64,000 nt of DNA. Origin: a virus. Each line of letters begins with the position of its first letter. Position 1 is the first letter of the stretch. Position numbers and translations under genes: made by a program. Of the stretch, positions 55,061 through 64,000 are shown one piece after another. The DNA lies in the IMG/VR virus record IMGVR_UViG_3300045988_124153. The stretch is one strand, 5' to 3'. A model generated the notes under the pieces. The model did not search any database. It was not told the origin of the DNA and saw nothing but the letters and a program-made list of their open reading frames with translations.

Positions 55061-57376
55061 GCCGTTGTAAAGCCTATTCGAATGTCATGCCACGACGAGG
55101 CAGTTTGAGATACTTTTTAAGTCTGTCGGCAGCTTCATTTGGTGTATGGACATCGTATTCGAAAGCGGTTTCTCTTTCAGGAACATCAAACAAATCCCAG
55201 TATTTGCTTTCATAGTGATTAGATACCTGACCGGTAGGTAGGATCGCCATCACAATAAACCAATCATCAGAACCGAAGCATTTTTCTCCGTCGCTGTGTC
55301 TCCTTGATTTGCAAACTTCAACCTGTCCGCTTCTGGCTAATAGATTAAAGAAGGCAGCGTTATACAACATGTGATACCTATACAATTCATTGAAAGTGTG
55401 GTATCCGTCAGAGACTTCTCCCACGTCTACAGGCTTCTTGTTTTGAATACTACCCAAAATATTCTCTATATAGAGCTGTATTTTATACATACCCATTTCG
55501 GTGTGGCCGTATTTGTTCAAGATATTATTGACATCGTATTGTATATTAAAATCTTTTTCAAATTCTACTTCAGGATGATTAGGATAGAAGTAGTCCACTG
55601 ATGCTTCTAACACTGACTTTACGTGTTCTATTATCCTCGCAACATCATCATGTTTAAAAAAATGCTTAAATCTTTCAACGAATTTAATATCTTCGTTGAT
55701 TGCTGATTCGAACTCTTCTTTTGTCATTACTCTAACCACATCTTTAAAATCTTTTAATTCCATGATTTGTTTTAAATTAATTGTTACTATACTTTCTTTA
55801 TCCTACAATACAAACCCCACAAAAACTCAGCGGAGAAACTATCCCATACATTATTCTTCTGCCAAAGTTCTACTTTGTTAACAAACCAAGACCATATGGG
55901 ACCCTCATATGAAGAATCAGATGATGATCCCAATCCGATTTTCTCCATTTCATTCGCCACATCAGAATAAGGATCTAAATCGACTCCCCTAATCATGTTA
56001 ATAATATCATCCTTGTCTAACGTAAATTGAAACCGCTCCTTGTTAGTAGGCGGATCTTGATTCAATTTACCAGTCGCAAGCCATTCTCCATCATGATACA
56101 ATTCGGCAAGTTTCTTTACCTTATTTTTAAGAAAAGAATACTCTTGTATAACTTCCATAAAGTCAGTTTCGTTAGCTTTACCCTCTATGAAGATAACGGT
56201 TTTGCTTCCAGGTCTATGATCGTCTAAGCTTACCGGGATTCCTAATATCGTCCATCCTTTAAACTCAGCTATCTTAAAACGCATAACGTCAAACACCTTA
56301 TAGAAATCATCACAATCTACAGATTCTATTACCTTAATATCCTCTTCTGTGAATTTACCTCGTATCGGAATAGCGTAATGACCAGGACGGCCATCGGTTC
56401 CGAAATATGCGATTCTAACCATATTATATATAATATTTTAGTTGTCCTGAAATCCTATATTTACTTATATCATCGCACAGGTTACACCCTCCCGTACATC
56501 CACAAGCCGAACAATACGAATCTCTTTCTGCCTTCGATTTAGATTGGAAATCCCTTACGGCTTTAATCCAGGTAGGAGAAACTATCTTACCAGAGAAAGA
56601 AGGTACGTTTAAAAGTAGTGTTTTCATGATTTCGCTGAAACATTCATATAACACGGTACATCTACCACATCTCTTCTACGAAGTCCCTTCTCAAAATAAG
56701 AAACCATATAGGTATTTTTACCTTCGTGATCAGGTCTTGGATCAAAGCATTCAAAAACGAATCTTGTTCTACCTTCAAGATAACCAAACATGAAAACAAA
56801 TTCGCCACCGTATCTTTTGCCGGCTAATTCTTCTACAGTCATAATCTATCCCCTCCCAATCCTGAATTGATGCTAACGTACTTGACACGAACTTCATTTC
56901 CACGTCCAAGCTGACCCCAGCCGGGCGATGGCGTTCCCTTGGCCGGAGCAGGGACAGCCCTAAGCCGAGGCCAGTCCTGCTTTTGCCTCATGGCTTCAGC
57001 CTCTTTGTAATACAGGTTACACAGTTCTTGATCTTCGTAACCAACGTAATCTTCCTTATTTTCCATATAGAATACTTTTTCAACAAAAGTACGACATTCA
57101 TGAATTAATTAGATTTAAAATAAAACAATATGAATTAAAATAAAAACCCGATACGTTAAAATCGCATCGGGCCTGGTATTAAAAAAAATAGGTTCAGATC
57201 TTGGGTAAAGATTCGAGCCAATTTTTAACATCTTTATATTTAGGGTCTTTGTCTATTCTATCTTTCAGTTCATGCAATGCTGAGTCCATAACCGTATTCG
57301 GTACGCCAATCAACTCTCCTATTAAATACAATGGGGTTTTATTCGATTTAGATTCGTGTGCTATATTCATATCCAA

Positions 57377-57534
57377 AAAAAAGTTATGTGAAACAAACCG
57401 GCCACGGGTATTCTATTGCCCGCCGACCGGTATAATATTTTTATTCCTTTTTTTCCAAACGGGAAAAACGGGAATGCGGGAATCATATTTTTTACTATGG
57501 CTCCCGCACCACCGGAAGGACCTGGGTCTGGATC
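57377..57534 (-). ncRNA. Hairpin-rich intergenic segment (GCGGGA...TCCCGC; GGATCT...AGATCC) between small late genes: candidate small RNA or regulatory element
   Basis: Two 6-bp GC-rich hairpins in a 158-nt gap that is otherwise absent from this tightly packed operon. Confidence 0.25.
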
Positions 57535-57921
57535 TCAGGTCAGATCCTTCCAGTTTATTTTTTCGCCGAGGTAATCTTGCACGGCAAGCCATCTTATAAA
57601 GGCTACTCCTTCGGGAGCATCCGGATCATCCAAATACATTAACGTAGCTTTCACCAACTCGTTCTCACATTTGAAGACCTTCGGAAAACCATCCGAATAG
57701 TACATTGCAAAGACATATTGGACATCGCCCCATGTCGCTTTATCCGGCTTCTTCGCTCCGCACTTTTCAAAAATATCTTTTATTTCCGGCTGCTTCCAGA
57801 TCCTCTTGGATCCATCGACGTTGACCATCTTCTTTACCGCCTCATCAGCAAGAGCATTAGAAAAATGGTAGCCGTAAGTATCTACATATTTCTGATAAGC
57901 TGGATCCTCTGCGTCTGCTCC

Positions 57922-58290
57922 TCAATAAGAACGACCTCTGCCACGTCCGCGACCTCTACGCATCTGAGGTCCGTCACCGTAGTATCTGTCGTCTCCATAG
58001 TAATCGGTCGGGTAGGATTCGTAACCCATCCTCCGGTATTCCCGGTCCTCCATTTCATGACGACGTTCGCGCTCTTCGAGCCTTCTTTCCCTTTCTTCCA
58101 GCTCGTTTTCGCGTTCTTCCATTTCTTTCATCTTCTCATGCATACCGTAATGGTCGTAAATACCACCACCGTACCCCATGTACGTCCCATCAGAACGCCG
58201 GCTTCTGCCTCTGCCTCCACCTCGTCTGTCTTCTATCTCGTCATATCCAGGATATTCTCTGTGTCCTGAATTTAAATCATATACTATCAT
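57922..58290 (-). CDS. Low-complexity protein: ERE/RRLEERERR coiled coil flanked by RGG/RGRGRGRGR tails, a possible RNA-binding protein
   Basis: Sequence composition only. Confidence 0.45.
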   Translation of the reverse strand: MIVYDLNSGHREYPGYDEIEDRRGGGRGRSRRSDGTYMGYGGGIYDHYGMHEKMKEMEERENELEERERRLEERERRHEMEDREYRRMGYESYPTDYYGDDRYYGDGPQMRRGRGRGRGRSY

Positions 58291-58842
58291 ATTATACTTA
58301 TTTCAAACGTTCTACAATTAACTTCTTTAAATCTTCGAATGAATCAGTAAGGTCATTCACCTTATTTTCTATACCAGCTATTTTACGATCCTGCTCTCTC
58401 GTTTGTTTGAATGCCGGATTGATGTCTTCTAATATAGATTCACAAGCCTCTATCTTGGTACGATGGGCATCTACGCTGTTTATTATGTCTTGACTGGTGT
58501 TTTTTATAGCATTCAGTTCGTTCATAATCGGATCTATGCTGGTAGATAATGTTATGCCCATAGCCTTAGCCACATTCTGGGATTCCGGGACCGTATAGGT
58601 CTTGGTTTCGCCAGTGAGCTCTACCGTCAGATCCACCACGCGGGTCTGCATCGCCTGATACTGACCTGGCTGAGGAGGAAGATACCTGGGTTCGGATACG
58701 GCTACTACCTTTCCCAATTCGTATTTAGGTACTGTATTAGTATCAAGGGTATGTACCTGAAACCCTTTCTTCAAATCTGAAAACATGATCAAAATATTAG
58801 TTAGGTGAAAATAGGGTGATGATCTTCATCACCCTACTGAAA

Positions 58843-59256
58843 TCATTTACCTGCTTTAACTTCAGACGCCTGGGCTGCCGCTACTGGAACACAGCAATCC
58901 ATTAATCTTAACACGCCACGAACTTTATTGAAGTACAGAAGGCGTTCTGTGCCATTTACCATAGCAGCACCCGTTACAGCTACGTTAATAGGGTTCACGA
59001 CATTCACTCCCGTAACCGGGCAACAGGTGTCGGCTCCTACTGTTGAAACTGTGCTGTTTGCCGGGACCGCAATCTGTACCGGTAGAGCACTTCCGGCTGT
59101 GGGGACTACTTGCCTTATCTTAAGAAGGATAAGACCCTCACACGGAAGGGCGATCCAAGCCCGTGGGTTAATACCGAAGACTGTATTTGTCGTACTGACA
59201 ATAACATTCTTCGTAACCATCTCATACAACGATCCTATTTTAGAAACACAAGCCAT
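58843..59256 (-). CDS. 137-aa protein with two CC pairs (TCCPVTG, MDCCVP), beta-rich, possibly structural
   Basis: Composition only; no confident family assignment. Confidence 0.4.
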   Translation of the reverse strand: MACVSKIGSLYEMVTKNVIVSTTNTVFGINPRAWIALPCEGLILLKIRQVVPTAGSALPVQIAVPANSTVSTVGADTCCPVTGVNVVNPINVAVTGAAMVNGTERLLYFNKVRGVLRLMDCCVPVAAAQASEVKAGK

Positions 59257-59279
59257 ATTAGCCTCCTCTCTTAATAAAA

Positions 59280-60287
59280 TCAGACAGCGGCGTTGTTATT
59301 GCAACATCCGTTGTTACATCCACATCCGTTATTGCAGCAACCTCCTCCGAATACCTGTCCCCAAGTATAAGCCTGGTAAGGAGAACAAGAGGGGTAGGCC
59401 GGGACGGCCGTCGGGCGTAATTGACCAACGATATTCTGGGTTTGTTGCTGAGATAATGCCGAAGCTGTCAAAGCCGCTTTTTCTTCACGAAGTTGAGCAA
59501 TAGTGTTCTGCATCTCCCTCATTTCCAACTGACAGAATTTGTCGTTGATCATAACGGTTTGGGCGTCAAGTTTCGCAGACAAGATATTGAATTGGCTTGT
59601 AGCTTGCTCACGATTGTTAGCCAGACCTTGGTTGAGACCGTTCTGCAAGATATTGGTTTGTTCCAACGTGCGAAGCTGGTTATCAAAACCTTGCTGAGTA
59701 ATCATTCCCTGAGTCTGGCAAGTGCTTTGATTGATCAACGAACTCAGATTGCAGCAGCAAGAGCTGATTTGATTTCCTATTTCACAACCTTGTTGTTGAA
59801 CTGCGTTGATAACAGCCTGAGAAGTCATACCTACCTGACCAGCTACTTTATCAATAGCACCCTGTACGTTGCAGATAGCGTTCTGAAGTTGAGTAGTAGA
59901 ACAGTTCAAAGCAGAAGCAATCTGATCTATGGCGCTACGATTACCTTGAATTGCCTGCATCAAAAGTTCACGACCGTAATCGTTATTCAACTGAGCCGGC
60001 AAACCATTGGCACAACAATCACCGCCATTTCCAAAACCGTTACCGAAGCCGCGTCCACCCCACAGCCAGAACAAAACAATTATCCAGAGCCACCAACCGT
60101 TAGCCCCACCGAAACCGTCCTGGTTGTTACGACCGTTCATCAAAGCCGCCACCAGATTCGGATCCATTTTATTACCACCTATCAAATTAGCAAACATGCC
60201 GGGAATCATTGAAAGAAGACCATTAGTGGCTGCACCACCACCGTTAGCCCCGGCTCCATCTAAAAGGACGATTTTATCACCACCCAT
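59280..60287 (-). CDS. Gly/Asn/Gln/Cys-rich membrane protein: Gly-rich N-terminus, TM helix (WWLWIIVLFWLWGG), Q/N-rich coiled region, C-terminal GGGCCNNGCGCNNGCCNNN; likely start MGGDKIV at 60287
   Basis: Sequence composition; the track start at 60344 gives an implausible hydrophobic leader. Confidence 0.45.
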   Translation of the reverse strand: MGGDKIVLLDGAGANGGGAATNGLLSMIPGMFANLIGGNKMDPNLVAALMNGRNNQDGFGGANGWWLWIIVLFWLWGGRGFGNGFGNGGDCCANGLPAQLNNDYGRELLMQAIQGNRSAIDQIASALNCSTTQLQNAICNVQGAIDKVAGQVGMTSQAVINAVQQQGCEIGNQISSCCCNLSSLINQSTCQTQGMITQQGFDNQLRTLEQTNILQNGLNQGLANNREQATSQFNILSAKLDAQTVMINDKFCQLEMREMQNTIAQLREEKAALTASALSQQQTQNIVGQLRPTAVPAYPSCSPYQAYTWGQVFGGGCCNNGCGCNNGCCNNNAAV

Positions 60288-60465
60288 AATTTTATAGTAT
60301 TTAATTGTTAAACATACGTGCATGAAGCACGTAACAAAGATCATAATTGCAGGGTGGAATATAGGTGTGTTTATTTCCTATAGAAGAGAAGTATTTTCAG
60401 AAAAGACAGAAACAAAAAAAAAGGTAGTGTTTTTTATTCTTTTAAAACACTACCTATAAATAAAC

Positions 60466-61350
60466 TCAAGAAAATTTACCATATTTTAAAAATACATTTT
60501 TAAGTTTTCCTTTTATGCCATTGAGGGTCACTTCATATCCGGATCCTGTCATGTAGATAGTTTGTTGATTAACCCTTTCGCCGGAATACTTATCTACAAA
60601 ATATGATCTATATACACCATATCCTTTAGCTACAACATTACTATACAACTCCCATTTGCCAAGACCGTTCCTAAACATAAACTTAGCTTCTTCAAGAAAT
60701 GAACGTAAATTCTTTTCAGCGATGATAACACCATTCTGTTCTAACTTTTTGGCAATATCACGAATCAGCCACATATTGTTATGGTCTACTTTCCTAAAAG
60801 ACTCGGCAAATTCTACATCAGGCTTATGCTCTTCTATTGTTTTCAAGGCTTGTTGCTTCTCTGCCTCTGCCTGAGATTTTTCAGCTATAGCTCTCTGAGC
60901 AGCTTCATACTGATCAGCCCAGGCTCTTGCTGCATCTGCCGGATTAGAAAAGTCAGGGACCAAAATTCCCTTTCCACCGGAACTTGTTTTATATTCTCCT
61001 GTTTTACGAATAGAAGGAAGAACCTCAGATGTTACCCATTTCTTAAATCTCTTAGCAGACTCTAATTTTGAAGATAATATAAGAGAATATAAACCAGATT
61101 CATTAATTATTCTTATACTATCTATATATCTGGTTTTCAATATAGATCGTTTTACGCCCCATTGATTATCAGATACTTGAAAAAGCATAGAATCATCATC
61201 ATCTACATGTCTTTTTACCGCATCTTTAGCATTTATATATCCAAGAGATTTAGCCACATCTGACGCCACAAACCAAACATCTCCTTTTGGATCTACAATA
61301 ATTCTAAGCTCTCCAAAATCCGAACTTTCAAAAACAGAAACTTTATCCAT
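60466..61350 (-). CDS. Bro-N domain protein (phage antirepressor-like) with a KilA-C/ORF6C-like C-terminal region
   Basis: N-terminal pattern F..LRI.....G..WFVA.DVA..LGY.N...A.....D......G....IINE.GLY.LI..S....A..FK.WV...VLP.IRK.G.Y matches Bro-N. Confidence 0.75.
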   Translation of the reverse strand: MDKVSVFESSDFGELRIIVDPKGDVWFVASDVAKSLGYINAKDAVKRHVDDDDSMLFQVSDNQWGVKRSILKTRYIDSIRIINESGLYSLILSSKLESAKRFKKWVTSEVLPSIRKTGEYKTSSGGKGILVPDFSNPADAARAWADQYEAAQRAIAEKSQAEAEKQQALKTIEEHKPDVEFAESFRKVDHNNMWLIRDIAKKLEQNGVIIAEKNLRSFLEEAKFMFRNGLGKWELYSNVVAKGYGVYRSYFVDKYSGERVNQQTIYMTGSGYEVTLNGIKGKLKNVFLKYGKFS

Positions 61351-62060
61351 GATAAAAAAAATAGGCCCAAAAGAGAATGTCAGATCCCACTATGACAAAC
61401 CCTAATGAGCCAAAAATATCTTTCAACATCAAACAACCAGAGGTGGGATCTCGTTGTTCATTGTTTCTGAAACAAAGATAGGAACAGGATCTTAAATAGC
61501 AAATATTTTAATACTTTTTAAATCAAACCAGGGCCCGCATCACTGCGAACCCTGATCTACACTAATCTAAACTAATACCATGAAAAACTTAAATCTAAAA
61601 ACTAAAGAACACACAAATGTATGAAAATGTATGCTTTTCGCAAAGAATCTGTATCCTGTTCTTTTGTGTGATTCAAGACATGGGATATAGTTCTGATACT
61701 TAATCCGGTTTGATTTTGTATCAGATTATAAATATAGGATTTTGAAACTACAGTTCTTAATTGACCTAAATCATTCATAATGTTTTTATACATAAGATGA
61801 ATGCTGTTATTACGTTTGATGGTACTGATTCTCATTTCCTACCGTTATTAGTTGCGTTCTGTTCTTACTTTTCCCTATTTTCTATAATCCCTTCCTGAAA
61901 CTAATATCGCAAACTTAATAAAAATAATCCATAAACAATGAAAATCTAACTTTTCTTATATGTTATTGATATATACACATATATAAGAAAAGTGAGACTT
62001 TCACAAGCCTCACTTCCCAAATTGTGATTATGAAAAAACTATATCATATATATACAAAAA

Positions 62061-63995
62061 TTATTTGCATTCTAATTTATTAAGATCACCTAATTCAGAC
62101 TTGCTTATGGTCATGTCTTGTGTCAAGCCAGATCTGTTTTGGTATGGAGCATAATCGGTTTCTACCGTCTTAGCCTTCTGAGTAGAATCGTATTTCACCT
62201 CCGATTCGGTTCCTGTTAGATTTTGGTAGATAGAGCCGGAACTACTTTCGCCGACTTTAGTGAACACTGTGTTCCCTATTCTGATAAAATTATTATACAA
62301 CCCTTCTACGATAACATTACCATCCTGCTTAGTTATGTTATGATCCCGAACCTCATTTAAGAGATTAGGATGCTTTGTGAAAAGATCGTGATAGAAATCA
62401 GAACCGGCATATAACATATCATAATAATCCAAATAGAACAGATCTGTAAAAGAAGGATCGGTACTGCTCATGCTATACTCAAATAGCTGTTCACGATCAT
62501 TACCTGCCAAAGATAGTTCAATTTGTTTTAACGTATCCGGATCTGAAACGGTAAGACCCAGCAAATAATCTGGTTTAAAGTCAAGATACTTGTATGCCCC
62601 TTCATACACTTCCGTATTATGAAGCTTATTTTCAAGATAAGATTGGTATAAATCGAATAAGAGTAAAGGATTCTCTTTGTCCTGCTTTCTGTTTATGTAT
62701 CGGCTAAACTCCCGTTCTTCATTAACATACGGACTTTCAGGAATAACAAGATGACCAAACGCCAATCTGGTAGCATTCATCTCTTCCGTATTCTGAGAAT
62801 CGGTATAAGACAGGACGTATTTTTTAATAGAATCAGCAAGGGCCTTACTATCTACGTTTTTCACGCGGAGCTTATCTAAAACACCATCTTTAAAACAATA
62901 TTCAGGATAGATACCAGGTGGGAAATAAGTTAGGCTCTGCTTGGCAAGCTCGGCAGCCATATCGTACAAATCACCTAAATTATCTCTTTCTACCTTATGA
63001 TATAGGTTTCCACCAAGATAAAGCAGAGAATGATTTTCAAATGCCGATACTGGATCTATGTCAGATTCCATATAAACGATATTCATATTATCCATATACT
63101 CTGGCAAAAACATAACACGGCGATCCCTGCTATCTCCAAGAACGTCATCAATAGCAGAAGCTAAAGTAGGAGCATAAGTATCATCGTTGCGCCTTGCTAC
63201 ATAAATATCAAGATCCAACATCAAGCTATCAATTTTATTCAGCGATTCTTCTGTTCCGTCATATGCCTTAGACACGCCTACGATATCTATACCAAGACCC
63301 ACACAAGCCTCTTCTACGTCCCATATCATACTTCTAAGGTCTTCTTCTGTATCAGCATTAACCCTATTTAGAAAGGCTGATATACGAGCTCGTAATGACT
63401 CAGATCCAATAGGGCTGTAATAAGCATAATCTTGCAACTTTGATAATGACCGTCTCTTCCCTTCTACGATATTATTATCTTCTAAAGCCACAACCGGAAC
63501 GATGTTCATATTCGAAAATTCGTTGAACATCGACAAGGCAAAACTCTTATCCGACTGATATCTTTCAACTAACTCCGGATATGAATCAGATAAAGATCCG
63601 AAAGCAGCATCAAACTCTGAAGCAACACTAATACCTCCTACTGTATTTTTTATAGCCTCATAAACTTCAGCCGGATTGTATGATGCTCTCTTTCCTAATT
63701 TATTGAAGACGCCTTTTTTATACACAACAGGACCGTATGGTTTTTCTACGGTTGTGAAGTAAAACTCTTTCCCAAGATCGTGTTCGTTATTAGAATAGTC
63801 TAATAATAGCCTCATAAAAGAGCTGACCTCATTGAATACAGAAGGATTATCTAATATCCTACTTATTTCCGTCTCATTATACAAGCCGGATCTTCTTAGA
63901 TTTTCTTCATTTAGGATAAGATTGCCATCCACATAAAAAGAGCTTCTAACTCTATTAATAAGAGATCGTATGCTATATATGGAATTGGATATCAT
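62061..63995 (-). CDS. Large hypothetical protein (at least 644 aa; the N-terminus may lie beyond the window edge)
   Basis: ORF runs to within 5 nt of the window end. Confidence 0.5.
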   Translation of the reverse strand: MISNSIYSIRSLINRVRSSFYVDGNLILNEENLRRSGLYNETEISRILDNPSVFNEVSSFMRLLLDYSNNEHDLGKEFYFTTVEKPYGPVVYKKGVFNKLGKRASYNPAEVYEAIKNTVGGISVASEFDAAFGSLSDSYPELVERYQSDKSFALSMFNEFSNMNIVPVVALEDNNIVEGKRRSLSKLQDYAYYSPIGSESLRARISAFLNRVNADTEEDLRSMIWDVEEACVGLGIDIVGVSKAYDGTEESLNKIDSLMLDLDIYVARRNDDTYAPTLASAIDDVLGDSRDRRVMFLPEYMDNMNIVYMESDIDPVSAFENHSLLYLGGNLYHKVERDNLGDLYDMAAELAKQSLTYFPPGIYPEYCFKDGVLDKLRVKNVDSKALADSIKKYVLSYTDSQNTEEMNATRLAFGHLVIPESPYVNEEREFSRYINRKQDKENPLLLFDLYQSYLENKLHNTEVYEGAYKYLDFKPDYLLGLTVSDPDTLKQIELSLAGNDREQLFEYSMSSTDPSFTDLFYLDYYDMLYAGSDFYHDLFTKHPNLLNEVRDHNITKQDGNVIVEGLYNNFIRIGNTVFTKVGESSSGSIYQNLTGTESEVKYDSTQKAKTVETDYAPYQNRSGLTQDMTISKSELGDLNKLECK

Positions 63996-64000
63996 AACAT

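Noticed and set aside
1-64000. CRISPR array
   Set aside because: No series of three or more regularly spaced direct repeats anywhere; the only tandem repeat is a 2x21-bp AT-rich duplication at 32958.
1-64000. Integrase or att site, which would make this a prophage
   Set aside because: No tyrosine or serine recombinase motifs were seen; the tRNA-like 3' modules could be att cores, but there is no adjacent recombinase.

Overview
This 64-kb window is AT-rich, with short GC-rich patches, and reads as a segment of a tailed-phage-like genome; I see no integrase and no host housekeeping genes. Many genes carry AGGAGG-type Shine-Dalgarno sequences, which suggests a host that uses SD-dependent translation. 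There are two modules. From about 1 to 43.3 kb, almost everything is on the + strand as small early/replication genes: a Toprim primase, a DnaB-like helicase, an SF2 helicase, two PD-(D/E)xK nucleases (one Cas4-like with a C-terminal Cys cluster), a KilA-N regulator, a nucleotidyltransferase, a small ABC-type ATPase, an acyl carrier protein followed by an NfeD-like gene and an SPFH/flotillin gene, and many Zn-ribbon or Cys-rich small ORFs. From about 43.9 to 64 kb, genes run on the - strand as a late/virion-like module: a 2140-aa giant protein, tail-fibre-like proteins with a DUF1566/FISUMP-like C-terminal motif, a Bro-N antirepressor-like gene and a run of odd low-complexity proteins. Three IS200/IS605-type RNA-guided nuclease genes sit inside the phage DNA: one IscB with a putative upstream omega-RNA region, and two TnpB genes in convergent orientation. 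The most unusual signals are these. First, a tandem paralog pair whose reading frames are each broken at a poly-A tract. Second, a C10 tract and a G9 tract that look like phase-variation candidates; around the C10 tract the supplied ORF track and the printed sequence disagree in a way only indels can explain. Third, two tRNA-like elements with a covarying T-arm but non-canonical length. Fourth, a phage-borne ACP-NfeD-flotillin cassette. All functional calls come from motif reading by eye; no database search was run.
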